Assembly: GCA_900088475.1 (NCBI GenBank)
Contig: FLMG01002540.1
Location: 1-64,000, forward strand
Direction of reading: 5' to 3'
DNA: 64,000 nt
Source: Hyphochytrium catenoides
Lineage: Eukaryota > Protista > Hyphochytriomycota
The position numbers and the translations under genes are program-made. Numbering within the stretch: the stretch's first letter is position 1; each line of letters opens with the position of its first letter. This document shows, piece after piece, positions 1-13,292 of the stretch. Under the pieces are notes generated by a model. The model was not told the origin of the DNA. It saw only the letters and a list, made by a program, of their open reading frames with translations, and searched no databases.

Positions 1-135
1 GTATGGATTCCTGACCCTAATTTACCGCAAGAAGGAGAGGTGGCTCCGGACGATGTCCTTGGCAGCATGATAGAGTTTGTACCAAGCAAATGGGGCTTAC
101 CAAGTTACCCAGTAGTCAATGACAAAGTAGCCTAG
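1..135 (+). CDS. 3' end of a HAD-superfamily hydrolase, pseudouridine-5'-phosphatase (HDHD1/PUDP)-like; partial
   Basis: Frame 1 reads VWIPDPNLPQEGEVAPDDVLGSMIEFVPSKWGLPSYPVVNDKVA* (TAG 133-135). This matches the HDHD1-type C-terminus VxVPDxxL...VLxSLxDFxPExFGLPxY. Confidence 0.7.
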   Translation, partial: VWIPDPNLPQEGEVAPDDVLGSMIEFVPSKWGLPSYPVVNDKVA

Positions 136-956
136 GGACTGGAAGAGTACCTTCGAAGCTTTTCCAGCTATTTATTAACTCTGACCTTGTACTGTACAAA
201 AAGAAAAGGGGAAAAGATTGTGGAGAGTAGTCAAGAAAGAGACATGTGCAGCGCCAGCAGGGAACTGGCCCTAGAGCCAGCCAAGGCTGAAAAGAGAGAT
301 GCCTTGCTTCGATGTTTGGTGAGGTGTTTATCGACCTGCAGACAAATAAAGTTAGTGTTGAGCAACTTTTTGTAAATGATTAGCACTTGCCTTATTCGGA
401 ATAACTCTGGTAGGATGATACCTATCTATAATAAGGTAGCTTTTTATCTCTGACAGAGGGCAAGTGATGCCATGTAACGCCTTTCTTGGTTCTGATCACA
501 GACGGTCTCGAGCTCTCACGCAGGGGCAGGTCCCAAGGAGTGATGCTCCTCTCTTGTCTCAGCTCTCTCCTCCTCTAGTCCAGTCTGCTCGTGTCTCTCT
601 CTTCCCAATGTCCCTCGTAATGCGTCTCTCTTCCTCTCATCTGCCTCTGTGTGTCCAAGAATTGATCCTACTCCGCTAGATCGTAGGGGTTGTCCTCCTA
701 GTGATCTCACTCATCAGCTATACGAGGCCTAGGTGTGTCGCAGGTCACGGTGTGAACCTTTCCACAGTTCCTGCCCTATGAGGCACAGGTTTTGGAGGAG
801 TCTAGTTAGACGGGAAGGCGCAGAGAGAAAGAAAAAGCGTGCCCAAATTGTAGTAGAAAGAGAGATGCTCGAAGTCATGTCTTGTCAGACGTAGCTGTTC
901 CTTCTCTCACCTGTCGAGGATTGACGACAAGTTCGTCGTTAAGCGGACTCGAAAGC

Positions 957-3900
957 ATGTTTGGCAGGGAGGAGCCGGTACCTGAAGGACAAAGAGGTGG
1001 AGGAGAAGTGAGTGGTGCGCCTCAAGAGATGCGATACGCCGACGGAAAGCCAGCTATCTTGCTTCATGAGGATGGCTCAGGATTCTGCTAGTATGACCCT
1101 TAACATTCCCCACCTCTTCCTCACTCTTTCGCTGTCCTTTCTACGAGCTCTATCATATAAAGCCGCTCTATCTCCTCTTTAAACTCATTCACGATGACCT
1201 ACCGTTTATAGGGTTCGAGAATACCTCGTAGACTCCTTCTTGCGGTTGTTTATAGCCCCTTCGCCCCTTACTACCACTCGTTTTCCCTCCTCCCTCCTCT
1301 TCCTGATTCACCCTTGGTTGCGTGTAAATAGATCTTCAGGTCCCTCTTTCTTTGCCTGTTCTAATGGAATCCTCGACCGCACCGTCTGTCTTGCTGTCTG
1401 TCTTATCTTTCCATCTCTATACCTGTCTTACCGCAGGAACTTTTCTTTCCTACCTATTTGAGTCTCTCACCCTCCTTTCTCTCCCTCTCCTCTCTCCGTA
1501 GCTATAAGTCTGGAAGGGTGGCGGTCTGCATCAGCAGAGTGAACTCGTTTCAGAATCAGTACTATTTCTATGAAGGTCAGATCGTCCACTGCCTCGCCCC
1601 GGTCTCTCTCTCTCTTCCCGCATTGTCTTCGACCTTCCACCCTCACCAATGTAGCTATTAGAGCGCCCTGTTCGATGCCATCTCAATCTATTTCTTTCTC
1701 TAGACGACAAGAGCAAGACGCTTCTCTGCTGCATAGATCACAACGTGGTAAGCAGTAGCTGTCCTCGCTCTCTGGAGGAGAGATGACAGAAGCAGCATTC
1801 CATCTAAACTCTCTTCTCTTGGCGTCCTCCTAGTTTTTCCTGGATTCCTTAGCTACTGCTCCTGCCAAACGCTCTCAATTGCTGTGCTTAATCTTTCAAT
1901 TGTGAGACCTTTCCATCCTTTAATCCGCCACGTACGCCTACTTTGCTACCCTCACCTATTATTCCATGACTGTAATGTCCTCCTCTGTGTGTCTATCCTC
2001 TAATCTCTCTTTTTCAACCTAATGCTGGCGCTGTATTCTTTTGCTTAGGTTGGCTTCGCAGGCGGCAAGGGCAGCTCAAAGAAGGTGATCTTCACTATGG
2101 CAGGCGTCAGAGTACTTGATGCTGCTAACAACGTTATAAAGGTAGCCTCCTCTACTTGCGATGTTTAGAATGAACGACCTGTCTTACCTCTTCATGCCTT
2201 TTGATTCTCTTACTCTATTTGTCTTTGGTCAAACTCGCAAGTGTTACGCCAGGGTGCAAGGGCTCCCCTAACATTGACCGCGCGATGCCTCAGTCTCTTC
2301 ATACATACATTTCCCCGGCCCCTTAAATGTCAATCTCTGCCCTTATTCAATCTGCCTCCTCTTCCTGCATCTTGTCTATCTCCTTTGTTCTTTGTTTGGT
2401 ACTGACGGTCTCGTTTGCTAGGAGTGGAAGTGGGACTCCAAAGCTCCTCAGGCTGGAGAACCTCCGACGGAACCTTTGCAGCTGCAGCTCAACCGCACTC
2501 TCACCTTCAAGTTTGTCTCTAGAGACGACATTCTCGTCACCTTCATTTGCGACGGGGTTAGTTTGTGCTCCTTTCTTGCCAGTCTTACAGTTTTCTTCTC
2601 AGGCTCTCAACAATTTTTTCTCTTTCTCTTTCTCTTTTCCCCACATCTTCTCTCCTGACTCTCTATCTTGCCACCTTCAATAACTTTTGGCCTTCTACTT
2701 TGATGGTGCCTGTGGCGTTACCTTGAAGATCTCCAAGGAGATCAACTGTGGTCGGAAGTACCTGAGGACCGATACATACATGGACCATGGAGAGAAGTGA
2801 GTCTCAATTCCTTCGTTCCCACACTCGCTACCTCTTTTCTCTTCTTGCTTCTGGTAGAGTGATAGAGATAGAGCCTTAGAATTGTTGGGCTGTCACATTG
2901 GAAGACAATCGTCAGCAAATCCTGCGGGACATTGAAGTTAGATTCTGGGATGGCTGAAGGTAAACTAGCGAGGTCCTATGAAAGCGCAAAAGCCGATGAA
3001 GGGCCAAGGACTTGCCAGAAGTTAGATTCAATCCGAGAGAGGGCTGCGCGACCACACGCACCCAGAAAGACTAGCTAAGATGGTGTGCAGGATCACATAC
3101 GGTGCTTTAAGGGGCAAGATAGCACTGTCTCCCTCGTCACCTTCTTTAATGGAGAGACAGAAGGAGATGCTGAGGAAAAGTCAAGAGAAACGAACTCTCA
3201 ACCATCCCCGGAGCTCTGATCTGTCCAAGGAGGAGATCAGGGACGTTGTCTCTTCGCTCGAGAACACACTAGAGAGGTTCAGCAGGGTGAGGTCTTCTTT
3301 GCTTCTTCCATATTGGCTCTTTCTGTGTGTTTGACGAGGTCTTTCTCAGCCTCTATTTTGCTTTCGGCTAACATCTCATTGTTCCAGGAGTTCAGCGAAA
3401 GTTCGCCCAATGCTAGAAATTGGCAACATGAAGCAGAGGCAATGACCCGTGCAGAGGTGGGAAAGACGCTCTGTCTAATTTGTTCGTCTCTTTCTCGCTT
3501 ACTTCCGGGACTGGCTCGATTTCAAAGGTTCTCTGTCACTGATCTTGTCGGTCCATCGTTTAAGCTCTTTTTCACCTCTGTCACTGCTTTTAAGGCAAGC
3601 TACATGCCACGTTTCCCCTTCTACTTTCACGCCTCACTTAAGCTCACTCTTAGTTGGCGACAATCAAGCGCGAGGTCTCTAAGAGCGGAGGGTATCTTTC
3701 AAAAGAGGATAGCGGGGAGAAGCCAAGAGACAGCAGTTCAGTGAGGAGACTGCAGGATAACAAGGGAGATTGGCTGGGCCAAGTAGAGACAAAGAACCTG
3801 GTACGGCTTTGACCAAGAGTAATCTCTATGGCTATGGTGAATCTCTCTCTCTTCCATCTCCTAGGTTCTCTACACTCGCGCATTCCGTTTCTCCGCCTTC

Positions 3901-6900
3901 TGTGGCTCACCCGGTTCTTCTACCCCTCTAACTGCCCTTGACAACCTTTTGTTTGACATCTGTTGCCACCTGCCCATACCCTTTTTGGACTCTATATCCT
4001 GTCACCAAGCTGCAAGCAGAGAATCCTCCCCTACGGCGATCGACGGTGCTGATGATGTCAAGCGGACGTTACTCTGGACAATTAGAGGTTGAAATCCAGA
4101 TACTCAGACGTCTGGCTCTTTCTACTGTTGAGATGGATCTGCTGTGTTGAGGGAGAGTGATGATGTCTTGGAGTGGAGCTAGATTCCTCCATGCCTTTCC
4201 TTCACGTTGCAGCTGGCCCTGACCGACCACTCTCCCTTCGCACTCTTCTCTCCTCCCTTTGTTGCCGGGTCACTACCTGCATCAGGTTCCAAGCCATGTG
4301 AAGGTCAAAGGTGGAACAAAGCTCTCAGTACTAACGGCCAACTCGTTTGACGCCGCGTTAAAGGAGAAGGGCAAATTGGTTCTTGTCGCTTGTCTTCGAG
4401 CTGACGACAGCGTCTCCAGGTAGGAGAATAGATAACCTCGAGAGAGTTGGAGGATGGGAAGGGCAAAGAAAGAGTGCCACGCAAAACCTAAGATTACGTC
4501 GTCGGCAAACTAAAGCCAGGGAGGAAAATAGGGTCAATGTAGGCATCAATCGGTCTCCTTGCCCTTTCTTTTCCCTCTTAGTTAGCATCCGACGACGTAT
4601 ATTCTATTTCCAAAATACTAGTGCTTCCTCTTCGTGTCAATAGGTAGCTTTCTACACCTCGTCTGCCGCTCATTTGCCTCACGTCTAAATCTGAGATTAT
4701 TTCTTCTCTACGAGTCAGGCGTGCAGAGGTGGTGCTAGAGGCTGTAAACGCGATGCTGGAAGATGGGAGAAAAGATAGAGACAGCTGGACCTTCAAGGAC
4801 CTGGAACCTGCCTCTGCACTTCTCTACAAGTTCGAAATGACCCAGAGCCCCTTCATCACCAAGGAGTACAACGTGACAGCCGTCCCGACTTACCTTATGT
4901 AAGAGCTTGCTTTTGTCAATTGAGCTTCTGCCTCTCCCTAACAGTACTCGGTATTCCAGGTTCTACGATGGCCTGCTCGTACACCGTAGCTGCTTAGGAG
5001 GAGAAGCCTTGAGAGTGTATCCCACTCTGAAGAATGCAAGCCTATCCCACCTCATGGCAGAGCTACCAAGTGTTCTGGTAGTAGAGACAGACTTCAACCA
5101 CCTGGTAAGCACTCATCGCACAAAAAGCAGATGATGTCAGACAGGAGACGGCGGCAGAGTCAACTTAGAGTGATAATAATGGGAACCCTTCTTCACAGAT
5201 CGAAATGGAGAAAGTCCTTAAAAAAGAAAAGTTCCAATGGAACTCAGCACTAAATGCACAGGTACAGCTTCTTGTCCTCTTCGCTATACTCTGCCCAGCA
5301 ACTTTTCTAATGAACTTCCATAATCTGTCGGCTACCGCTCTGCAGGAAGCCTCTGCTCGAATAAAGGACTCTGCAGACCCTAAGGGTCGCTGCAGCTTTG
5401 GGTTCGCGTTAATTAGTGACATGGTAGGTCTCTTCACAGCTCTGTCGCGCACTCTCTCGTAACTTCACCTCCAGCGAGATGTGAGACTCTCATCTCCATT
5501 CTGATTGACTCCCTCCTCTTCTACAGCTAGTTCTGTTGTCTGGGATTCTGGCATGCTCTCTTCCTGGGCAACTTCTTCTTACAAAAGTCTCAGCATTAGC
5601 CTGCCGCGACTAACCACTTCCGCCTCCCTTGACTGTTTGTCGTTTTGCCCTCTAGGTTTCAGAGGTCGAAGTATTAATGGCGAGACGGGCGCTAAAGTCT
5701 GGAAGAGAAGCTCGGAAAGGTATATAAACCGCTCTAGCCACAGTGATTATGGTTCCTCGGTGACTCAGCGATGAAACGTCCCCACCTTCTTCTTAGGTCT
5801 GGAACTTCCTGAGCCACTGAAGGTTAGCTCTCAGGAACAGACCTCACTCCCGCTAGTTTGTGGTAAGCACGTCATGATTATCTGGCATAGTTTGGAAGGT
5901 TGAGCCAGTTGATAGTCAGAAATAGCCTAAGAAATTAGTGATAAGGGGACTCTACAGGTTGTGGCCTCTGGAGAGAGACAGCTAATGTAAACTAAAGTAG
6001 GGAGCCGTACGGGACACTAGGAAAAGAGGACAACTGCCGGCAGTGTACTGCTTCTACTAAAGAATTGCAGATGGAAACGCACTCTTGACCAATTTGTGGT
6101 TGTCTTCTGCTCGTCTGTGCGTTTGCTGGCGTACAGGCATGGTCTCTCGCTCCTGCGGCATTCCGCTGTCCCGCGTCATGTGCCAGCTCTGCCAGAACAG
6201 CCTGGGTAAAAGAAAAAGTAGGGAACAATCATACTTGGAAACTCTGCTCTCTGTTGGAGTTCAGTTGCTGGCGCTGCGTGAACAATTCTACTCTCTATGA
6301 CCCCATTCCCACTCACTGCATTCAATATCTCGTAGGCCAGACCTCCAAGCAAGATGATGACCGTGCAACAGGGCGTCCTGAAGGTTGTTCGCACTGTGGG
6401 CTGATCTTCAACCCTGCTACCTTGGAGACATTAACAACTAAATTTGGCACGAATGTTGACATAGCGATCTTGAAGCCGATTAAGGTGTGTGCCACGGTTG
6501 TTGTTTGAGGGGGGAAGGGGGGCTTTGCCTGGGTGGCAAGAAGGAGAAGGACAGGGCCGAGGGTAAGTGAGTCAAAGGAGCTGAGATATAACTTCCGGAC
6601 CGGTGGATGGCGGTCGGGATTGGCAGTACTGGGAATCCCTGTCATTTTATAGAGATCGACGTGTCTCTCACTGTATCATGCTCCTATCGTTTCTTCTTGC
6701 TGTGCTTCCGTCTTCAAGGCTGCGGGGCTACATCGGTTAGCCGAATTGTATGGTCTCTTGAACCAGAGCGATAGTTGCACTGAGGTACGACTGATTCAGT
6801 TTGGTCTCGGCCATCAATTAGTTCGCCACGCGGTTATCAAAGCCCTCCACCGCTTGCTTTATGACTTCTAACGAGTTAGTCGTCCATCCTTTCAGCATAC

Positions 6901-7087
6901 CGAAGACTATAAGATCGGGCTCACGAAAGAAGCACTCCTCAAGCAGCTAGCTCTCTGTCTAGAACAAGGCCGCAGAGGTAAAGCTCTGCCTATGGACTCT
7001 CTTGAAGCTATCACTCTGTCGTCGGTAGAGACCAAAGTAAGGGGAATAAGTCTCCGAAACGTAAGCAGCCCTAAGCTGAGTCGATGA
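957..7087 (+). CDS. FAM194-domain (C3orf20/ERICH6-like) protein with C-terminal thioredoxin-like, receiver-like and Zn-ribbon modules; multi-exon, true start may lie upstream
   Basis: Spliced exons give LHEDGSGFCYYKSGRVAVCIS, WKWDSKAPQAGEPPTEPLQLQLNRTLTFKFVSRDDILVTFIC (FAM194 pattern), LTANSFDAALKEKGKLVLVAC...YKFEMTQSPFITKEYNVTAVPTYLMFYDG (Trx fold), SVLVVETD...ILKPIK (REC-like) and final exon GLTKEALLKQL...GKALPMD...SR* (TGA 7085-7087). Confidence 0.7.
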
Positions 7088-7198
7088 CAGCCTGGAGATG
7101 CAATAGCGTCTCGCTTTCAAAAGCCTAATTTATAATACAACATTATGTAAAGCCCAGTCATGAGGGCTTTTCCCCATTCTGGCCAGTCACTGTCATAC

Positions 7199-9228
7199 TC
7201 AATGCTTTGGACGCCGGCTCTCAAGAGGGTCATCATCTGCACGCCGCTTTCTACTACTCTCACTTGAAGTCATCTCGTCTCTCTGTCCAATGCCGGTAAC
7301 GTTTCTTTCTTCTTCACTTTCCGCTGTCTCTCTCGCTCTCTCCTCGCTCCTCGTTCTCCTCATCCCGTCCCTTTCTGGTCTTTCGGCGTCTGTATGCGAT
7401 GGAGGCACGGACAAGTCCACAAGCCCTTCTTCAGGAGGCCTCGATGACTGATCACTGTCTGTTTGGACCCCAGTCCCTGTTTGGCCTTTTGAAGATGGCC
7501 GCCCAACCTAGTAGCGAAGCCTACGTCAGTGCTCTCAATTTTTCAATTGATAAGAGAAGCTGTCACAGCACCTAAAAGGACGCGAACAGACACACGAACC
7601 ATGCAGAAAGAAGTAGTCTCCCACTGACAAAGATGATAGGAAAGTCGGGTTGAGAAATTCACGCGTCAGGTAAGATAGATGAGAAGAGCGAGGAAGCGAG
7701 GGGAGGGTAGATATAAACGGTATAGTTTGTGAGAGCAAGCCTACCTGATTAGGCATATTGTTGGCCTTGGAGACGTAGTAGGAATCTCTGTAGCTTACCA
7801 GGTCGCGTCGGAGAGTAGAGAACACCTTTAACATCTCAATCTCACCCTGCGCAAGCAATCGTGGTTGTCAAAATGAGGTGATGAGCAACCTAGCACAAGA
7901 ATATTTGCCTTGGAGAGCACCATCATAGTGTAATGAGGGTGGTGAAAGCATTAAACAAGAGGCTGTGGATCATGCCTATGGTGGTACCTGCAGCCTCAAC
8001 ATCTCCGCCTCCCTGTTTGCTATTTCTTGCTCTATTTCCTCCTCATTGGGATGACGCATCATATGCTCTCTAAGAAGCCATCTGTTCCGCAGATCGGTGA
8101 ACACAGCAAACCGACAAGCAGGCGAAGCAAACTTAGGTAAAGTTGAGGGCCAGCGGACACGACATAAATGAGAACATCACGTGTAAAAGATCGGAGAAGC
8201 TAAGGTATGAAGGAAGTAGAAGATGAGACCCGGCATCCACGAGTGCAAACAAAACATGGAGCTGGTACCTGTGCTTATACATAACCAGACAGCCCGGATA
8301 GGAGCAACTGAACTCCTTATTCTGCTGATGCGTGCGCATGTGCACCTTTAGGTTGCTTCTTTGGTTGAACGCCTGGAGCAAGAAATCGATCATGGCAGCC
8401 GAGGATGGACAGGAAACAAATATCTTAACAAGCTCTATTATGGGCGATACGACGTCAAAATAGACGAAGAAGGCAAGAGCGACCTCAGGGCCAGAAGAAG
8501 TCCGAAGGGTGGAGCAAGGAGACAACAGTAATTGGCAGAGGTGTTTGGCGCGAGAGACTGGAAGGAGTCAAAGGTAGCATGTTCTCAGGAAAACAGAAAG
8601 TCCTACCTTCTGACAGATTTCACAAACGAAGCTCTTCTCTCCTGTATGAACCACCATGTGCCTTCGCAGCTGACCTTTTGCCACGAATGCCTTATCACAT
8701 TGATCGCACGCATAGGGTTTATCTCCTGTATGCCTCCTATAGTGATTTGTTTTTTCTGTGGCTGTGGAGAACAGTCGTCCGCACCCTGGGAAGTCACAGG
8801 GATACTTCTTGGCTGGTGACACGAAAGGTCGGTAGATGAATGTTCAATATTGGGAACGACCAAACAGAGGTGGAGAACAGCTGTGAGAGTCAAAGAATGC
8901 TCCAATCCTTAAGTGCCGCGGGCGGACAAAGGCTGCAGTGGATAGGATGCGAAGCAGACGGACAGAGAGCAGGCAAGCAGGCAGGGATTGCAGAGACAAG
9001 TGCAGGTAAGCAGATAGAGAGTAGGCGGAATCCTCTGACCCCAAGATTCAAGGACCAGTAGTACTGACCTTTCCTGACAGAGGCATCATCATCCCCTGGA
9101 CCTGTTGTCCTATCCTGTCTATCATCAAGAGCACTTTTGCCAAACTTCCTTTCCGCGTCCGCTGATTCTTCTGTCCGGCTACCGGCTTCGGCCGTCGGGC
9201 TACCTATTGATAGCGTGGATCTCGGCAT
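7199..9228 (-). CDS. C2H2 zinc-finger transcription factor (4 fingers), multi-exon; start tentative
   Basis: Fingers are YPCDFPGCGRLF...HYRRH, YACDQCDKAF...HMVVH, FVCEICQK|AFNQRSNLKVHMRTH and FSCSYPGC...REHMMRH, with TGDKPY/TGEKSF linkers. The last exon ends ...SRRPKH* at 7199. Confidence 0.88.
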
Positions 9229-9911
9229 TTCGGGAAGCTGTGCAGAACGAAATAGCAGAGGATGTGCTACCGCAGTTTAGAGCCCAAATCACCCAGCACC
9301 CAGCGTCGACCTGCAGCTACTAGTTGCTCATCACCACCTTTGGGGTAAGGCAGTCATTCCAGGTGGCCCTTCCATCGAGTGAGCGACAGTTTGAGCTCTC
9401 CTAGCGTCAACATACAGGATAAAAGTCCTTAGCAAGCTTGAGATAAGGAGGCCCTGAATTCTACGCAGCTATAGCGCCATCTCTCAATAAGACTTTAGAG
9501 AGGAGGAGACCTATGACCATGGAGGCTGATCATCTGCTTCTGGAAGCTTCAGAACTCCGAACCCGAACATCTCTGTTCAGAAGACTGACAAACCTTCCCT
9601 AGATGGTCTCCAGAGGCACAAAAGAGAACAGACAGATCGAAACTCCGCTCAACTCCTCAGCTCCCGGGGGATGCCAAAGAGCGGTGATGACTAAAAGAGA
9701 ATCAATAACAATGATTCGTTTGGTTTAGTCCCAGAGTATTGATTTTTGTTGCAATGATTATCGTAAAGACTGTGACCTCCTTTCCCTCCTTCCTCTTTAT
9801 GGTGGTGTTCTGATTGTTGATGGCTTGATGGCTTCGCTTGTGGGCTTTGGACTTGGTTCTTGCCTTGTTTGCCTGGTGCTTGCTCTCGTGGGGACAGTTG
9901 CTTCTCCTCAG

Positions 9912-10619
9912 CTCACGTCGAGGTCCATCAGCATTCAAGGGGTCACTGCTAGACTCCCCGCTATACCGATAGCAGAGGCAAGGAGAAGAAGTAAGTTTGT
10001 TGAGCTCCCTGATAGGGGTCGGAGAAGGTCGGAGACTAGTATTCTGCTAAAGCGTCGCCATAGCTGCCCTGGTGACTCCTCTCTAACCCTGGCAGCAGCT
10101 CCACTGATTTATTCATCAGTCTCGAGATGGAAAAGGTAGACCCCGCTAAAGCAACGCTCCCGATAGGGAAAACTTGTCTTGCTCCTCCTCACGTTACGAT
10201 GATGGTATTACCTCTGTCTAGGGAAGCTCTGCTTCTGAAAAAGGGACGATGAGCGATGCGTCGACAAGTGAACTTGAAGCGCAGTTGAAACGTAGAAGAA
10301 GACAAGACCAAAAGAATGCTGCTTCTAGACGCTCACGGCAAAAAAAGAAGGTAGGCTATTCACGTCACAGAGGGAACTAAGCGGGGCTGCGCTGGCTCAT
10401 TGCTGTATTGGTTTGACATCCTAGGAGGAGCTTATGCAGCTTCGAGACCGCTATCAGAAACTACAGAAGGTCAACGTTATCCAGTTGCAGGAGAAGCGAA
10501 CTTCTTTAAGCAAAGAGGTACAGAGACTTGAAGAAATTGCGAAGAATCTCTTTTTAGCTGCAACGGCCCAGGGTTTAGATGTCCTACCCCCTCCTGACAC
10601 ATCAGAGAAGTTGCCTTAG
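9912..10619 (+). CDS. bZIP transcription factor; 5' exons uncertain
   Basis: Basic region LKRRRRQDQKNAASRRSRQKKK (exon about 10222-10350) is spliced to the zipper EELMQLRDRYQKLQKVNVIQLQEKRTSLSKEVQRLEEIAKNL, with stop at 10617-10619. Confidence 0.8.
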
Positions 10620-10796
10620 GACAGAAGAAAGTGCCTGGTAGCGCGGCTGCCACTAAGCTCTTTTCTTGCTTTGTTCTCTGCTTTACTCATCTTGTGATTT
10701 TGCTCATGCACAACCTGTGAGAGCATGTATTCTTGTGCCTTGCACAACTATCACTACTTTCAGCGCGAGATATTGTAAATACTCTCCCCAAAAGAA

Positions 10797-12471
10797 CTAT
10801 CTCCACACATTGTAGCATAACATAGCCACAATAGTAATCAAACAGTACATAGACTCTCTCCTGGGTAAGGATTGTACGCTGTTTACCCCCGACAACGAAG
10901 GCTTATATCCATCTTGGGGCTCGGCGTTGATGTTCTCTACAGCTTGCAGGCTGCAAAGGTCGTTGTCCATGGGAGCATCTATGTAAGAGTCTATCGACTC
11001 CGAGTAGACTGTGGTCTCCAGCTTCACTGTGTAGATAGTAATAGCACATGTTAGGGCCGTTCCGGTATGGCTGGAGTCACTATTACTCGTTCTCGTCTCG
11101 CTAGTAGATCTGAGAGCGCTATACAGTGGTGTCGACCTTCTTGGTAGGCCACAATTCCCGGTCTTCCTTCCACCCCCACCCCCACCCCTGTGAGCGTTTA
11201 TGACTGCGTCCTCCAAAGGTTCAACAATCTTGGATCTACCTACCTTCATTTGAAAGCGCCCAGTTGCCTGTCTTAGTAAGAGATAACCAAGCGTCCGCCC
11301 GAGTGGAAGCTTCCCTCCAGGCTTCTCTTGTCTTCGGGTCAGTTGCATTTAAAAGGACCATTTTCCTGATGTCGATGAAGCGAAGGGTCCATGTCCTCTC
11401 ATCTAGCCCTGTCCGCGGAGACCCTGCCAGCTCTTTGGTCGTTCTATAATGACAAGGGTTGATAGTTGAAGAGAGCAAGGCAAGTGTTAGGCTTTGTATG
11501 ATGGCACAGAGGGAGAGCAAAGAGAGGTAATGGTGTGTCGGCCAGCGTCGATGGACAGACATAGACCCGTCGGTCACTATACGTCTGTATAGTGACGTGT
11601 GATATGCGGTTAAGGCCAAAATGCCATACTGTAGCTCCCAACCTTGCTGCGATGCTTGGAAGAGAGTCTGGGTCGTCGCCGTCGCCATGTNNNNNNNNNN
11701 NNNNNNNNNNNNNNNNNNNNNNNNNNNNTTGTGCCTTGATAAAATCGGGCTTTTTCTTTGCAGCCCTCTTCCACGCCTTGCAATAAGCATCATCTTTACT
11801 CCACGCGGTATCGCCGGAATCAGCTGAACTTGAAAGCTAGCAAAGGAAAAGAATTAGTAAATGGAGGTTGAGGCCCAGCGATGAGGTTCATGGATCAGCC
11901 CATAGAGACAAAGCCAGTGGAGATTCTGACGATTGCCTGCGATTTGATGAGCGCTGCCGAGGACTCAAGCGTAATGACTAGGTCCACTAAAAAAACTACC
12001 TTCTCCAAATCTGGGATAAACTTGACTAAAGGATCATTGCCCTGGCTCGCTGCATACTTCTTTATCACTAACAAGGCGTCCCCTGTTCCGGTGCAGAAGC
12101 CCGCACGACCTATGGGTCGGAAGAAGCTTAGCCGGGTTGGAGAGGGTGAGTGTACTCATAACTTCCCATGGCAACAAGAGTCTGAACAGACAGGAAGAAG
12201 GCAAAGGCTGCTGACATCGTGGTAAAGGTGATTTGCGGTTACCTGACGTGAAACCTCGTCCGTCATGGATATCTTCGCAGTAATCGTACTGTAACTTGAT
12301 GACTCCGTTCTCAAAGATGCTGGTTAACTTCTCGGCCACAGTCTTCACCTTCAGAGGCATTTGGCAGACCGCTCCATTTCCTTGGGACTGAGCAGTCGCA
12401 AGGTGAACGATTGCCGAGCTCACGAACATGTAGAGCATTGCCATGGCACAACAGTAGATTCTCTTCCACAT
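10797..12471 (-). CDS. csn: Glycoside hydrolase family 46 chitosanase; signal peptide, possible GPI/membrane tail; interrupted by an assembly gap
   Basis: Exons give MWKRIYCCAMAMLYMFVSSAIVHLATA, LTSIFENGVIKLQYDYCEDIHDGRGFTSG|RAGFCTGTGD, AWKRAAKKKPDFIKAQ, HGDGDDPDSL, GSPRTGLDERTWTLRFIDIRK...GNWAL and a hydrophobic end MYCLITIVAMLCYNVWR*. The GH46 catalytic Glu/Asp and the DGRGxT motif are intact. Confidence 0.88.
11691..11728. other. Assembly gap (38 N) inside the chitosanase gene
   Basis: N run. GH46 homology implies more missing coding sequence between DFIKAQ and HGDGDD than 38 nt. Confidence 0.95.
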
Positions 12472-13292
12472 TCTTTTAGTAATGAGGCATGACGTCCTTA
12501 GATGAGAGCTTTCCAATGGCGTGCGTAGGCAAAGAATAAGCAGATGGTTCCTGCTTAAAGGGCTTCTTATCTACTCTCTCTTTTACCGTGCCGCATCGTG
12601 CCAAGAAACATATTACAGCGAGCTCGAGACCTCTGGGGAAAGTGGAGCACCTCCCCACTCGCTGCTTCTCAAATAGTGTCTTTCAAGGTCCTATTCTCAC
12701 TTTCAACCACCGATGTACCCTTCTTGCTTCAGGGCCGGCGCGAAGCTGTGTGAGCGAAGTATGATCTTCACCTCCTGAGGCCAGCTTGCTGCGTACTTGC
12801 TTCCTCACATCCATCGCTGTCTGTTCTGCTTGTCACTGCTGCCTTTGGTTGCTGAAGACCGCTTCTTCTTCTTCTGCCTTTCTATCTGGTTGTTGCCCGT
12901 GATGACTCCTCTTCCTCATCTGTTGGGGATGCTCCATTGTGGCACCTGAGAAGAGCGCACATTCCTCACAAACTAGGTCATCTATGTGCGTTGCCAATTC
13001 TGGACGTAGCCTAGGAGTTCGCTAATCGTGATGGTTTGTACGTACATTAGTAGAAAAAACCTCGAATATAGTAAAACTGACTCATCCCGGATGATGTAAC
13101 ACCACTAGGTAGCGCACTATTACCCTACATCGCGTTACTCACATTTTTCTTCTTCTTCCCTTCACCTTCCTTCATCATGTCTTGTGCCTTTTATTTGGGC
13201 CCGTTCTATCGCTAGTCCGACGCTCAGTTCTGGTCCTGCTGCTGCGTCTATGGCAGATGATGATTGCTCTTCATCATGGGCCTTCTACATCA

